Of a DNA stretch of 64,000 nt, positions 1-11,182 are shown piece by piece (position 1 is the first letter of the stretch; every line of letters starts with the position of its first letter). The translations under genes were made by a program, and so were the position numbers. This DNA comes from Vulcanimicrobiota bacterium (GTDB lineage: Bacteria; Vulcanimicrobiota; Vulcanimicrobiia; Vulcanimicrobiales; Vulcanimicrobiaceae). The notes under the pieces are model-generated. The model saw only the letters and a list, made by a program, of their open reading frames with translations. It was not told the DNA's origin and did no database searches. The DNA is taken from assembly GCA_963733295.1 (NCBI GenBank), contig CAVTCS010000003.1:64001-128000 (forward strand). The letters are read 5' to 3'.

Positions 1-376
1 AACGACGGTCGTGACGGTCGCCGGAGACCCGCACATCGAAACGATCTCGACGCGCGACGAACGCACGCGTGCCGTGACGCAGCGGCACGCGGACGCGCTC
101 TTCACCTTCATCGGTGCCGACGCCGACACGTCGTGGCTGGGGTCCAACATCGAACGCGACAAACTCGGCTACGTGCTCACCGGGCGCGACATTGCCCACT
201 GGACTCAATCGCGCCCGCCCTACCCGCTCGAAACGAGCGTGCCCGGCTTCTTTGCGGTGGGCGACGTTCGCAGCAGCTCGATCAAGCGCGTCGCGTCCGG
301 CGTCGGCGAAGGTAGCGTCGTCATCGCGCACATCCACCAATACCTCGAAGCGCTCCGCGCGCGCGTTCCGGCCTAG
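1..376 (+). CDS. FAD-dependent oxidoreductase, thioredoxin-reductase-like (C-terminal part, truncated by window edge)
   Basis: LFTFIGA...GYVLTG...ETSVPGFFAVGDVRSSSIKRVASGVGEG is the TrxB-type C-terminal FAD-binding signature. Confidence 0.8.
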   Translation, partial: TTVVTVAGDPHIETISTRDERTRAVTQRHADALFTFIGADADTSWLGSNIERDKLGYVLTGRDIAHWTQSRPPYPLETSVPGFFAVGDVRSSSIKRVASGVGEGSVVIAHIHQYLEALRARVPA

Positions 377-386
377 CCCGCGACTC

Positions 387-1451
387 GTGACGAGTTATCA
401 GCTGACGGCTTTGGGCGAACCGCTCCAGCGCGTTGAGCGTGAGATTCCGCGCCCCGAAGGCAGCGACGTGTTGTTGCGCGTCCTCGCATGCGGCGTCTGT
501 CACAGCGACGTGCACCTCGCGGCGGGGTACTTCGATCTGGGCGGCGGTCGCCGCATGGATCTGTCGGATGGGTTGCGCCTTCCCCGAACTCTCGGGCACG
601 AAATCGTCGGCGAGATCGTGGCGGCCGGACCCGGCGCCGATGTACGCATCGGCGACCGCAAGCTGATCTATCCGTGGATTGGGTGCGGCCGCTGCGCAAC
701 GTGTGCCTCCGGTGACGAACATCTCTGCTCGCGCACCCAGACGCTCGGTCTCGCGCGCGACGGCGGTTTCAGCGACTACGTCATCGTTCCGCATCCGCGG
801 TACTTGCTCGACTTCAGCGTGCGCCCGGAACTCGCCGCCACCTACGCCTGCGCGGGTCTCACGGCGTTCAGCGCGTTACGCAAGGCGGCACCGGTTTCGG
901 CTTCGCGTCCGCTGCTGATCGTCGGTGCCGGCGGCGTGGGAGGCGCGGCGCTTCGCTTGGCGCAGTTGATGTACGACGTGCAGCCGGCCGTTGCGGACAT
1001 CGACGAGTCCAAGCGCGAAAACGCACTTCGCAACGGGGCGGCCTTAGCGCTCGATCCGCGCGATGCGGCCGCGCTCAAGGCGGCCCGCGCCGAAACGGAG
1101 GGTGGCTTTGCGACGGCGATCGATTTCGTCGGCTCGGAGTCCTCGGTCGAGTTCGCGCTTTCGGCGGTGCGCAAGGGTGGCAAGGTCATCATCGTCGGAC
1201 TCTACGGCGGCGCGCTGCAGATTGCGTTGCCGCTGATCCCGCTCCGCGCGATCTCGATCGTCGGTTCGTACGTCGGATCGCCGGCCGAGTTGCGCGATCT
1301 GCTCGCCCTCGCCGCGAGCGGCTCGGCACCCGAGATTCAGATCGAAACTCGTCCACTCATGGACGCGCAGGACGCGCTCGAAGGGCTCCAAAACGGCCGC
1401 GTTCTCGGCAGAACCGTGCTGCTCGCGCAAGCGGGAGCTGCCACCCGGTGA
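387..1451 (+). CDS. Zinc-dependent alcohol dehydrogenase (MDR family)
   Basis: CGVCHSD, GHE, CGRCATC..C structural Zn motif, GAGGVG Rossmann motif; probable GTG start at 387 within ORF 114..1451. Confidence 0.9.
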   Translation: MTSYQLTALGEPLQRVEREIPRPEGSDVLLRVLACGVCHSDVHLAAGYFDLGGGRRMDLSDGLRLPRTLGHEIVGEIVAAGPGADVRIGDRKLIYPWIGCGRCATCASGDEHLCSRTQTLGLARDGGFSDYVIVPHPRYLLDFSVRPELAATYACAGLTAFSALRKAAPVSASRPLLIVGAGGVGGAALRLAQLMYDVQPAVADIDESKRENALRNGAALALDPRDAAALKAARAETEGGFATAIDFVGSESSVEFALSAVRKGGKVIIVGLYGGALQIALPLIPLRAISIVGSYVGSPAELRDLLALAASGSAPEIQIETRPLMDAQDALEGLQNGRVLGRTVLLAQAGAATR

Positions 1452-4400
1452 GCTTCCATCCGCTCGTGGCCGATTGGTTTGCCGAGCGATACGGTCCGCC
1501 CACGGAGCCGCAGATCGAAGGTTGGCCGCTCATTCGCGCCGGTCGCGACGTGCTTATTGCGGCGCCGACCGGCTCGGGCAAAACGCTCGCAGCCTTTACG
1601 ACCGCGCTCGATGGGCTCGTCCGGCGCGCCGCGGAGGGCCCGCTACCCGATCGAACGGCGATCGTCTACGTCTCGCCCCTCAAGGCACTGACCAACGACG
1701 TTCGCAAGAACCTCGAAACGCCGCGCGAAGAGCTGCTCGCGCTCGCGCAGGCGCGCGGCCTCGAGCTTGCCGAGTTACGGACGGCCACGCGCACCGGCGA
1801 TACGACGCAGGCCGAGCGCGCCCGAATGCTGCGCAAGCCGCCGCACGTTTTGGTCACGACGCCGGAATCGCTCTTCATCTTACTGACGGCGGAAAAATCG
1901 CGCGCGCTCTTCACGCACGTCGAGACGGTGATCGTCGATGAGATCCACGCGATGGCAGCCGATAAGCGCGGCTCGCATCTCGCCCTGACCTTGGCGCGGC
2001 TCGATGAGCTCGTCCTGCGCGGGGGCGGCCCAAAGCCGCAGCGGATCGGGCTTTCCGCGACGGTGCGGCCGCTCGAAACCGTCGCCCGGTTCCTAAGCCC
2101 TCAAGCCGCGATCGTGGATGTCGGACACCGCCGCGAGATGACGCTCGCGGTCGAAGTCCCCAAGGACGAGCTGGGAGCGGTCGCGAGCGGTGAGTTGTGG
2201 GCCGAAACGTACGACCGTTTAGCCGAACTTATCGCGGCGCACCGCACGACGCTGGTCTTCGTGAGTACTCGCCGGATGAGCGAGCGGGTCGCTTTCGCGC
2301 TGACGACGCGTCTCGGCGAGGGATTCGTCCTGCCACATCACGGCAGTCTTGCTCGCGAGATTCGATTCGATACCGAGCATCGCTTGAAGAGTGGTGAGCT
2401 GCGGGCCGTGGTCGCGACGGCGTCGCTCGAGCTCGGCATCGACATCGGCTCGATCGATCTGGTCGTGCAGCTCGGTTCGCCGCGCTCGATCGCGGTCGCT
2501 CTGCAACGCGTCGGGCGCTCCGGTCATTGGGTCGGGGCGAAGCCGGAAGGACATCTGTTTCCCACGACCCGCGACGAGCTGATCGAGTGCGCTGCGATCG
2601 TCCGGGCCGTCCGCAGCGGGGCCCTCGACGCGCTGTCGATCCCGAAGGCGCCGCTCGACATCCTCGCGCAGCAGCTCGTCGCCTTTTGCGCTACCGACGA
2701 TTGGAACGTCGAGAGGCTGTTCGAGACGGTTCGCAGTGCGTACCCGTACCGCGACCTTCCGCGAGCCGACTTCGACTCGGTCATCGACATGCTTGCCGAC
2801 GGAATCGCGACCTCGCGCGGACGAAGCGGTGCGTACTTGCACCTCGACCGCGTCAACGGACGCGTTCGGGCACGGCGCGGTGCACGCATCGCTGCCATCA
2901 CCTCCGGCGGCGCGATTCCCGAAACCGCGAACTACAACGTCGTCGTGGAACCCGACGGGCATATCGTCGGCACGATCGATGAAGACTTCGCGATCGAAAG
3001 CATGGCCGGCGACATTTTCTTGCTCGGCGCGACGTCGTGGCAGATCCGGCGCGTCGAGGCCGGCGCGGTTCGCGTCGCCGACGCGCACGGTGCGCCGCCC
3101 ACGATTCCGTTTTGGAACGGCGAAGGCCCCGGCCGTACGATCGAACTCTCGCACGAGGTCGCCGGCGTGCGGGCGGCAATCGACGAACGCGACGACGTCG
3201 CGGCGCAAACGTTCCTCGAGACGGAGTGTGGCCTGGATGCCGCCGGCGCCGTTCAAGCGATCGATTACGTGCGCGCCGGCAAGGCGATTCTCGGCGTCGT
3301 TCCGACCGACGTGACGCTCGTGGCGGAGCGTTTCTTCGACGAGTCGGGCGGGATGCAGCTGATCCTGCACACGCCTTTCGGGGCGCGGGTGAATCGGGCG
3401 TGGGGTTTGGCGCTGCGCAAGAAATTCTGCCGCTCGTTCAATCTCGAACTGCAGGCGGCTGCTACCGACAACGGTGTCGTCCTCTCGCTGACCGATCAAC
3501 ACGCCTTTCCGCTCGAGATCGTGTTCGAGTTCGTCAAGTCCGCCAGCGTCGAGCAAACTCTGACGCAGGCGCTCTTGACCGCGCCGATGTTCGGAGCGCG
3601 CTGGCGCTGGAACGCGACCCGCGCGCTCGCGATCCTGCGCATGCGAGGCGGCCGCAAAGTGCCGCCGCAACTCCAGCGGATGCGCGCCGAAGATCTGCTG
3701 GCGTCGTGTTTTCCGGACGCCGCAGCCTGCGGCGAAAACCTGACCGGACCCATGCGCATCCCGGACCACGTCCTCGTGCGCGAGACGATTGCGAATTGCT
3801 TGCACGAAGCCATGGATCTCGACGGGCTGCTGGACATTCTGCATCGGATCGAAAGCGGCGCGATTCGCACGGTCGCCGTCGACACGCCCGAGCCGTCGCC
3901 GTTCTGTCACGAGATTCTCAACGCGAATCCCTATGCGTTCCTGGACGACGCACCGCTCGAAGAACGGCGCACGCGAGCCGTCGTAACGCGGCGCTCGACG
4001 AGGGTCGATGGCGAACTCGGTATCCTCGATCCCGCCGCGATCGAAGAAGTCGCAGAGCTTTCGTGGCCGCTCGTGCGCGACGCCGACGAACTTCATGACG
4101 CGCTTACGACGCTCGTCGTGCTGCCTCCGATCGAAGGCTGGCGCGCGTGGTTCGAAGAGCTCGTTGCGACGCACCGCGCGACGACCCTCGACGCGGGCGG
4201 CGTGCCACTCTGGACCTGCGCCGAGCGGCTCGATCTGGCGCGCGTGGCGTACCCGGATGCCGTCGCGACACCCGACATCGCGGCCGTGCGCTCGACGCAA
4301 GCGCTGCCCGAACGGCGCGAAGACGGCTTTTCCGAAATCTTGCGTGGCTGGTTCGAATCGTGCGGGCCGGTCACGACCGACGAACTCGCGACGCGCTTCG

Positions 4401-5530
4401 CGGTCGACCCTGAAACGATCGAGATCGCGCTCATTCGCCTGGAAACCGAAGGTCAGATTCTGCGCGGCCATTTCCGCGGTCCCGCCGACGAATGGTGCAA
4501 CCGGCGCGTTCTCGCACGAATCCATCGCTTGACCCTCGGTACGCTGCGGCGCGAGATCGAGCCGGTAAGCACGGTGCAGTACGCGCAATTCCTCCAACGC
4601 TGGCAGCACGTCGCGCCCGCCTCGCGCTTGCACGGCGTCGACGGAACGCTGCACGTCATCCGGCAGCTCGAAGGCTACGAGATCCCGGCGGCGGCGTGGG
4701 AGGCGAGCGTGCTGCCGTTGCGAGTTGCCGGCTACCGGCGCGAGTATCTCGACACGCTCTGTTACTCGGGCGACGTGATGTGGGGACGCTTGTCGTCGCA
4801 TTCGGCACTCGATGTCGAGCCCGGCGGCCCTCGCCGCCGCATCCGGCCGACGAAGCTCGCACCGATCGCGCTCTTTACGCGAGCCGAAGCGGCTTCGCTG
4901 TTGACGCGCAGGGAGTTCGACCGCGAGATTCTCTCGCCGGCAGCCCGCGCTGTCTTCGAAGAGATCGAACGCAGCGGGGCGCCTTTCTTCGGCGACATCG
5001 TGCGCAGCACGAAACTTCTTCCCGCGGAAATCGAAGAAGCACTCTGGCAACTGGTCGTCGCCGGACTCGTGAGCGCCGACGGGTTCGATGCGCTGCGCTC
5101 GTTGACCGATCGAAAGCGGAGACTCGGTGAGAAGGGGCTCCGCGCGCGCCCGCGCTCGTCAAGCGGGCGCTGGACCCTCCTTCGCTCCGAGACCGAAAGC
5201 ATCGACGTCGAGGCATTCGCACGGCGGCTCTTGTCGCGCTGGGGCGTCGTGTTTCGCGACGTCGTCAAGCGCGAGACGCTCGCTCCGCCGTGGCGCGAAC
5301 TCCTCGGCGCATTGCGGCGAATGGAAGCGCGCGGCGAGATTCGCGGAGGGCGCTTCGTCGCCGGCTACACCGGCGAACAATTCGCATTGCCCGAGGCCAT
5401 CGACGCGCTGCGCGCCGTGCGGCGCGACGGCGACGTTCCCAGGATCGAAGTGCCGGCGTACGACCCGTTACATCTAGCTGCGACGCTCGTGCCGGGCGCT
5501 GCCTTGCGCCCGCTCCGTTCGGTTTCATAA
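1448..5530 (+). CDS. lhr: Lhr-family ATP-dependent DEAD/H helicase, long form with C-terminal winged-helix/AlkZ-like region
   Basis: APTGSGKT, YVSPLKAL, DEIH, GLSAT, SLELGIDIG, QRVGRSGH; C-terminal RRLLSRWGVVFR...GEIRGGRFV..GEQFALP; 1360 aa. Confidence 0.92.
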   Translation: MSFHPLVADWFAERYGPPTEPQIEGWPLIRAGRDVLIAAPTGSGKTLAAFTTALDGLVRRAAEGPLPDRTAIVYVSPLKALTNDVRKNLETPREELLALAQARGLELAELRTATRTGDTTQAERARMLRKPPHVLVTTPESLFILLTAEKSRALFTHVETVIVDEIHAMAADKRGSHLALTLARLDELVLRGGGPKPQRIGLSATVRPLETVARFLSPQAAIVDVGHRREMTLAVEVPKDELGAVASGELWAETYDRLAELIAAHRTTLVFVSTRRMSERVAFALTTRLGEGFVLPHHGSLAREIRFDTEHRLKSGELRAVVATASLELGIDIGSIDLVVQLGSPRSIAVALQRVGRSGHWVGAKPEGHLFPTTRDELIECAAIVRAVRSGALDALSIPKAPLDILAQQLVAFCATDDWNVERLFETVRSAYPYRDLPRADFDSVIDMLADGIATSRGRSGAYLHLDRVNGRVRARRGARIAAITSGGAIPETANYNVVVEPDGHIVGTIDEDFAIESMAGDIFLLGATSWQIRRVEAGAVRVADAHGAPPTIPFWNGEGPGRTIELSHEVAGVRAAIDERDDVAAQTFLETECGLDAAGAVQAIDYVRAGKAILGVVPTDVTLVAERFFDESGGMQLILHTPFGARVNRAWGLALRKKFCRSFNLELQAAATDNGVVLSLTDQHAFPLEIVFEFVKSASVEQTLTQALLTAPMFGARWRWNATRALAILRMRGGRKVPPQLQRMRAEDLLASCFPDAAACGENLTGPMRIPDHVLVRETIANCLHEAMDLDGLLDILHRIESGAIRTVAVDTPEPSPFCHEILNANPYAFLDDAPLEERRTRAVVTRRSTRVDGELGILDPAAIEEVAELSWPLVRDADELHDALTTLVVLPPIEGWRAWFEELVATHRATTLDAGGVPLWTCAERLDLARVAYPDAVATPDIAAVRSTQALPERREDGFSEILRGWFESCGPVTTDELATRFAVDPETIEIALIRLETEGQILRGHFRGPADEWCNRRVLARIHRLTLGTLRREIEPVSTVQYAQFLQRWQHVAPASRLHGVDGTLHVIRQLEGYEIPAAAWEASVLPLRVAGYRREYLDTLCYSGDVMWGRLSSHSALDVEPGGPRRRIRPTKLAPIALFTRAEAASLLTRREFDREILSPAARAVFEEIERSGAPFFGDIVRSTKLLPAEIEEALWQLVVAGLVSADGFDALRSLTDRKRRLGEKGLRARPRSSSGRWTLLRSETESIDVEAFARRLLSRWGVVFRDVVKRETLAPPWRELLGALRRMEARGEIRGGRFVAGYTGEQFALPEAIDALRAVRRDGDVPRIEVPAYDPLHLAATLVPGAALRPLRSVS

Positions 5531-5646
5531 TCTAACGCGAATCGCTCGTGCGCGAAGAGTTCCGCGATGCGGAATAAAGCGGAGCGGACTATCGCTGAAA
5601 AAGCTCGTAGTTTGAGAGCAATATTCCAGCGAAGGTGCCTCGAGAT

Positions 5647-6843
5647 ATGAGCAATCGTAGCGGCCGTCACTTTTTGCAGATTCCTGGACCGACGAACGTT
5701 CCAGATCGCGTTTTGCGTGCGATCGATCTTCCGACGATCGACCATCGCGGTCCGGAGTTCTCGAAACTCACCCTCGAAATTCTGGACGGTCTCAAGACGA
5801 TCTTCAAGACGAGCGGACCGATCGTCATCTATCCCGGCTCGGGTACCGGTGCGTGGGAAGCGGCGCTCGTCAATACGCTATCGCCGGGCGACCGGGTCCT
5901 GATGTTCGAGACCGGCTGGTTTGCGACGCTCTGGCGCGAAATGGCGGAGCGGCTCGGTCTCGTCGTCGATTTCGTCGCCGGTGATTGGCGCCACGGCGTC
6001 GATCCGAACGAGGTCGAGAAGCGGCTCGCGGCAGATTCGCAAGGCCGCATCAAGGCGGTGCTGGTCGTTCACAACGAGACGTCGACCGGTGTAGCGAGCC
6101 GGATTCCGGAAATTCGCGCTGCCATCGATCGCGCGAATCATCCCGCCTTGTTCATGGTCGATACGATCTCGACGCTAGGATCGATGGACTATCGCCACGA
6201 CGAGTGGGGCGTCGACGTGGCGGTGGCCGGTTCGCAAAAGGGATTGATGCTGCCGCCTGGGCTCAGCTTCAACGCGATCTCCGCCAAGGCGCGTCAAGCC
6301 GCGTCACGCTCGCGCTTCCCGAAGTCGTATTGGAACTGGGAACCGATCCTTAAGGCGAACGAAGACGGCTTCTGGCCATACACGCCGGCTACGAACATGC
6401 TGTACGGCCTGCGCGAATCGATCGCGATGCTCAACGAGTGGGGTCTCGAAGCGGTCTTCGAGCGGCACGCGCGACTTGCCGAAGCTACGCGGCGTGCGGT
6501 GAATGGCTGGGGTCTCGAACTGTTGGCTCTCGATCCGCGCGAATACTCGAACTCCTTGACGGCGGTGCTGGTTCCGGAGCATCACGACGCCGACCATCTC
6601 CGAGCGACGATCCTTGAAAATTTCGACATGTCGCTCGGGGCCGGTCTCGGCCGCTTGAAAGGGCGAGTTTTCCGGATCGGACATCTCGGTTACTTCAACG
6701 AACTCATGCTCGCCGGCACGCTATCCGGCGTGCAGATGGGGCTCGAGCTGGAAGGCATCCGTCACGGTGACGGCGTCTCTCCAGCTCTCGCGCACTTGAC
6801 GAGCGCGGCGGGTCGCCCGAGTTCGGAATTGGTCGGCGCTTAA
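5647..6843 (+). CDS. Serine/alanine-glyoxylate aminotransferase (class V PLP enzyme)
   Basis: GRHFLQIPGPTNVP, HNETSTG, GSQKGLMLPPG (PLP lysine), FRIGHLG. Confidence 0.9.
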   Translation: MSNRSGRHFLQIPGPTNVPDRVLRAIDLPTIDHRGPEFSKLTLEILDGLKTIFKTSGPIVIYPGSGTGAWEAALVNTLSPGDRVLMFETGWFATLWREMAERLGLVVDFVAGDWRHGVDPNEVEKRLAADSQGRIKAVLVVHNETSTGVASRIPEIRAAIDRANHPALFMVDTISTLGSMDYRHDEWGVDVAVAGSQKGLMLPPGLSFNAISAKARQAASRSRFPKSYWNWEPILKANEDGFWPYTPATNMLYGLRESIAMLNEWGLEAVFERHARLAEATRRAVNGWGLELLALDPREYSNSLTAVLVPEHHDADHLRATILENFDMSLGAGLGRLKGRVFRIGHLGYFNELMLAGTLSGVQMGLELEGIRHGDGVSPALAHLTSAAGRPSSELVGA

Positions 6844-6859
6844 CAGCGCGACCCGATTC

Positions 6860-9745
6860 GTGAATCTCGAAGAACGGCTACGGCGCGATCTCGAGGGCGA
6901 GGTTCATTTCGATGCGTTCACGCGTGGCCGATACAGCACCGACGCCTCGATCTATCAAATCGATCCGATCGCGGTCGTGCTCCCCAAATCGGTCGACGAC
7001 ATCGCGGCGACGATCGACGCGTGCCGCGCGGCAGGCGTCCCGCTGGTTCCGCGCGGCGCCGGCACCTCGCAATGCGGTCAGACGATCGGTCGCGGCGTCA
7101 TCGTCGATACGAGCAAATTCCTCGACCAGCTTCTCGCAATCGATACGGGAGCGAAAACCGCGACGGTACGACCCGGCATCGTCCTCGATCGCCTCAACCG
7201 GCAGCTGAAGAAGCACGGGCTGTTCTTTCCCGTCGATCCTTCGACGGCGAACCGCGCGACCATCGGCGGCATGACAGCCAATAACAGCTCGGGCGCGCGT
7301 TCGATTCGATACGGAACGATGGTCGACAACGTGCGTGCAATCGATGCGACGCTCGCCTCGGGCGAGAACTTTCACTTTGCCGATCTGCCCTCGAACCTCG
7401 CCGAGCTTCCCGACGAAGCCTATCGTAAGCTCGCGACGGCGGTCCGGAGCATCGGGTTACGCGAAGCCGGCGAAGTAGCGGCGCGCTTTCCGAAACTGCT
7501 GCGTCGCGTCGGCGGCTACAACCTCGACACGATCGCGCCGGAAGGACACAACCTCGCGAAGCTGCTGGTCGGGTCCGAAGGAACGCTGGCCTTCTTTACC
7601 GCGATCGAGCTCGAGCTTGCGGACATCCCCCGCCAGCGCGTGCTGGGTCTCTGCCGGTTTCCGACGTTCTACGACGCGATGGATGCACCGCGGCACCTCG
7701 TTACGTTGGAGCCGGTTGCGGTCGAGCTGGTCGACCGGACGATGCTCGAGCTCGCGCGCCAGATCCCGCTCTTCGCACCGACGATCGAAAAGTTCGTTCC
7801 CGGCGATCCGGCTGCGCTGCTCCTGGTCGAGTTCGCGGGCGACGAGCTCTCCGTCCTGACGCGCAAGCTCGAAGAGCTCGCAGCGATGATGGAAAGCTTA
7901 GGCTTTCACGCTGCCGTCGTGCCACTGACCTCAGCTGCCGACCAGACGGAGATGTGGGACGTGCGCAAAGCCGGGCTCGACATTATCTCGTCGATGCGGG
8001 GCGACGGCAAGCCGGTCTCCATCGTCGAGGATTGCGCGGTCGGCCTCGAGGACTTGGCCGAATTCACCAAAGCTTTGAACGAAGTCTTCGCGCGCTCCGA
8101 GGTGGAGGCGACCTGGTACGCGCACGCTTCGGTCGGATGTCTGCACGTTCGCCCCGTTCTCAATATGAAGAGCGCGGACGACGTGGCGAAATTCCGCGCC
8201 ATCGCGGAAGAAGGCTTTGCGCTCGTACGGCGCTACCACGGCTCGCACTCGGGCGAGCACGGCGACGGAATCCTGCGTTCAGAATTCCACGCGCAAATGT
8301 TCGGCGACCGGCTCGTCAGCGCGTTCGAAGAGATCAAGGACACGTTCGATCCTGCCGGCACGATGAACCCGGGCAAGATCGTGCGAGCACCGCGCATGGA
8401 CGACCGGTCCCTGTTCCGCTACAAGCCGGACTACGCAAGGCTCCCGATCCGTCCGGTGCTCGATTGGTCGAGCTGGCCCGGCGGGTACAGCGGCGCGGTT
8501 GAGATGTGCAACAACAACGGCGCGTGTCGTAAAGATGAGGGCGTGATGTGCCCGTCCTTCATGGTAACGAAGGACGAGGAGCACTCGACTCGCGGCCGCG
8601 CCAATACGCTGCGCTTGGCGCTCAGCGGCCAGCTCGGTCCAAGCGCGTTTACGTCTGAAGACATGTACGCAACGATGGATCTCTGCATCTCGTGCAAAGC
8701 GTGCCGCCGCGAGTGTCCGACCGGCGTCGACATGGCGAGGATGAAGATCGAGTTCCTGCACCAATATCATCGACGGCACCGGCGACGTTTGCGGGACCGG
8801 TTCTTCGCCCATTTGCCGCACTTCGCGGTCCTCGTGAGCGGCGTCCGTTGGCTGGCCAACGCGGGAACCCGTTTCGGACCCTTGCGTAGCATCGGCGAGA
8901 GGTTGATCGGCATCAGTTCCCGGCGCAGCTTGCCGGCTTGGCAGCGTAGGGCATTCGACGCTCGCGGCTCCGGCCGAAACGTTGCGAGCGCTGCCGGCCG
9001 CGACGTCGTGCTGCTCGTCGATACGTTCAATACGTATTTCGAACCAGCCAATGCCCGCGCCGCCTACGATGTGTTGCGGGCCGCCGGCTACAACGTCGTG
9101 CTGCCAATGACGCATGGCCGTCCGCTGTGTTGCGGTCGCACCTTTCTTTCAGCGGGTCTGATCGATCACGCGCGCTCGGAGCTGTGGCGCACGCTCAGCA
9201 CGCTGCGGCCGTACGTCGAGCGCGGCGTCCCGATCGTCGGACTCGAACCCTCATGCCTGCTGACCTTCCGCGATGAGGCACTCTTGTTGTTGCCCGGTCC
9301 GGAATCGAAGGTGTTTTCCGAGCACTGCTTTCTGCTCGAGGAGTTTTTGGCCCGGGAAGAAGCGGCGGGCAACCTGCGCCTCGAGCTCAAACCGCTGAGC
9401 GGCGGCGTACGACGCGCGGTCGTCCACGGGCACTGCCATCAAAAAGCGTTCGGCGCGATGCCGGCGGTGCAGCGGGTGCTGGGCCTCATCCCCGAGCTGA
9501 CGGTCGAGGTCATCGACGCCGGCTGCTGCGGGATGGCAGGGACTTTTGGTTACGAGGCCGAGCACTTCGATACGTCGATGCAAATGGCCGAACTGAAGCT
9601 CTTGCCTGCCGTCCGGGCGACGGACGAAGCGACGATCGTCGTCGCCGACGGCGTGAGTTGCCGCCACCAAATCCGCGACGGGGCGCAGCGCGAAGCGCTC
9701 CACGTCGCTCGCGTCCTCGCCTCCGCAATCGGAGTTGGCTCTTGA
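6860..9745 (+). CDS. FAD-binding plus [4Fe-4S] oxidoreductase (GlcD/GlcF-type fusion; D-lactate/glycolate dehydrogenase-like)
   Basis: PRGAGTSQCGQ, GSEGTL, GEHGDG, CNNNGAC, CISCKACRRECP, CCG motifs. Confidence 0.88.
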   Translation: MNLEERLRRDLEGEVHFDAFTRGRYSTDASIYQIDPIAVVLPKSVDDIAATIDACRAAGVPLVPRGAGTSQCGQTIGRGVIVDTSKFLDQLLAIDTGAKTATVRPGIVLDRLNRQLKKHGLFFPVDPSTANRATIGGMTANNSSGARSIRYGTMVDNVRAIDATLASGENFHFADLPSNLAELPDEAYRKLATAVRSIGLREAGEVAARFPKLLRRVGGYNLDTIAPEGHNLAKLLVGSEGTLAFFTAIELELADIPRQRVLGLCRFPTFYDAMDAPRHLVTLEPVAVELVDRTMLELARQIPLFAPTIEKFVPGDPAALLLVEFAGDELSVLTRKLEELAAMMESLGFHAAVVPLTSAADQTEMWDVRKAGLDIISSMRGDGKPVSIVEDCAVGLEDLAEFTKALNEVFARSEVEATWYAHASVGCLHVRPVLNMKSADDVAKFRAIAEEGFALVRRYHGSHSGEHGDGILRSEFHAQMFGDRLVSAFEEIKDTFDPAGTMNPGKIVRAPRMDDRSLFRYKPDYARLPIRPVLDWSSWPGGYSGAVEMCNNNGACRKDEGVMCPSFMVTKDEEHSTRGRANTLRLALSGQLGPSAFTSEDMYATMDLCISCKACRRECPTGVDMARMKIEFLHQYHRRHRRRLRDRFFAHLPHFAVLVSGVRWLANAGTRFGPLRSIGERLIGISSRRSLPAWQRRAFDARGSGRNVASAAGRDVVLLVDTFNTYFEPANARAAYDVLRAAGYNVVLPMTHGRPLCCGRTFLSAGLIDHARSELWRTLSTLRPYVERGVPIVGLEPSCLLTFRDEALLLLPGPESKVFSEHCFLLEEFLAREEAAGNLRLELKPLSGGVRRAVVHGHCHQKAFGAMPAVQRVLGLIPELTVEVIDAGCCGMAGTFGYEAEHFDTSMQMAELKLLPAVRATDEATIVVADGVSCRHQIRDGAQREALHVARVLASAIGVGS

Positions 9746-9786
9746 CGGGCCGCCACCGCGTAACAGCGTTCGAAGGAGTTTGACAC

Positions 9787-10176
9787 ATGTACATTTCGGT
9801 AGTGACGCTCTTCGTCAGGGATGTCGATCGGGCAATCGATTTCTACACCAAAAAGCTCGGCTGGGAAAAGACCATGGATGAGCCGATGGGCCCGGACATG
9901 CGCTGGGTGACGGTCGCGCCCCGGGGAGCGACGACCTCGTTCACGCTGTCGACCGGTATCCCCGGCGATTCGGAGAATAGCGCCGGCGGCATGAGCGGCG
10001 TCATCCTCGAAGTCGACGACGTCTTCAAAACCTGCGAGCAACTCAAAAAAGCCGGCGTCGAGTTTCCTGACGGTCCACGCACCGAGCCGTGGGGCGCTTG
10101 GGCGATGTTCGAAGACTCGGAGGGCAACGTCCACGGATTGCACTCGCCCGTGCCCGCAGGCGTGAGCAGCAACTAG
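9787..10176 (+). CDS. VOC/glyoxalase family protein
   Basis: VRDVDRAIDFYTKKLG...EPWG..AMFEDSEGN; GAAGGAG RBS upstream. Confidence 0.85.
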   Translation: MYISVVTLFVRDVDRAIDFYTKKLGWEKTMDEPMGPDMRWVTVAPRGATTSFTLSTGIPGDSENSAGGMSGVILEVDDVFKTCEQLKKAGVEFPDGPRTEPWGAWAMFEDSEGNVHGLHSPVPAGVSSN

Positions 10177-10198
10177 CAGCGGCTGCTAGCGTCCATTC

Positions 10199-11176
10199 GT
10201 GCGGGTCAGCATCCTCGACGACTGGACCGGCACGCTTCGGACGCTTTCGTGCTTCGACAAACTCGCCGGCCACGACGTTACGATCTGGAACGATCGCGCC
10301 CGGGACGCTGACGCACTAGCCGAACGCCTGGAGGATGCGGAGGCGTTGGTGCTGATCCGCGAACGCACGGCACTCAAGGCTGAAGTGCTCGAACGGTTGC
10401 CCAGGCTGCGACTCATCAGCCAGCGCGGTGCTTATCCGAACATCGACATCGATGCGTGTACGCGCCTCGGCATTGTCGTGTCCTCCGGTCAGCACGAGAG
10501 AACGCCGTCGTACGCCGCGGCGGAACTGACCTGGGGGTTGCTCCTCGCCGCGCAGCGCCGCATCCCGCAACAGGTAGCCGCCCTCAAGTCGGGCCGATGG
10601 CAGACCGGGATCGGCCGGACGCTCCGCGGCAAAACCTTCGGCGTCTACGGGTACGGTGGAATCGGCGCGATCGTCGCCGGATACGCCAAGGCTTTCGGGA
10701 TGAACGTGCTGGTCTGGGCGCGCGCGACATCGCGCGAACGCGCGGAAGCCGACGGCTATGCGACGGCGCCCGGCAAGGAGGCCTTCTTCGAGGTCTGCGA
10801 CGTGATCTCGCTGCACATGCGGCGCAATCCCGCCACGGAAGGCATCGTGACGGCGAGCGACCTCGCGCGCATGAAGCCCGATGCGCTCCTCATCAATACG
10901 AGTCGCGCCGGTTTGATCGAACCCGGCGCGCTGGTCGACGCGCTCCGACGCGGCAGACCGGGGATGGCGGCGGTCGACGTCTATGAAACCGAGCCCCTGC
11001 CTAACGTCGCCGATCCGCTGCTCGCGATGGAAAACGTGATCTGCACGCCCCATATTGGTTTCGTTACCAGCGACGAGTTCGAGGTCCAGTTTGCGGAGAT
11101 TTTCGATCAGATCAATGCGTTCGCGGCCGGAAATCCGATCAACGTCGTCAATCCGGACGCGTCCGGCGCAGCCTGA
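10199..11176 (+). CDS. D-2-hydroxyacid dehydrogenase family protein
   Basis: [29 protein letters not shown]. Confidence 0.9.
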   Translation: MRVSILDDWTGTLRTLSCFDKLAGHDVTIWNDRARDADALAERLEDAEALVLIRERTALKAEVLERLPRLRLISQRGAYPNIDIDACTRLGIVVSSGQHERTPSYAAAELTWGLLLAAQRRIPQQVAALKSGRWQTGIGRTLRGKTFGVYGYGGIGAIVAGYAKAFGMNVLVWARATSRERAEADGYATAPGKEAFFEVCDVISLHMRRNPATEGIVTASDLARMKPDALLINTSRAGLIEPGALVDALRRGRPGMAAVDVYETEPLPNVADPLLAMENVICTPHIGFVTSDEFEVQFAEIFDQINAFAAGNPINVVNPDASGAA

Positions 11177-11182
11177 CACCTG

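Noticed and set aside
2219..5050. 943-aa minus-strand ORF and many other long overlapping ORFs (e.g. 18353-19804, 34379-35599, 50497-51615, 62719-63579)
   Set aside because: Antisense or alternate-frame shadows of well-supported genes in high-GC DNA; Arg-rich and without family motifs.
1448..5530. Lhr as part of an anti-phage defence system
   Set aside because: Neighbours are metabolic genes, and the protein matches the ordinary long-form repair helicase.
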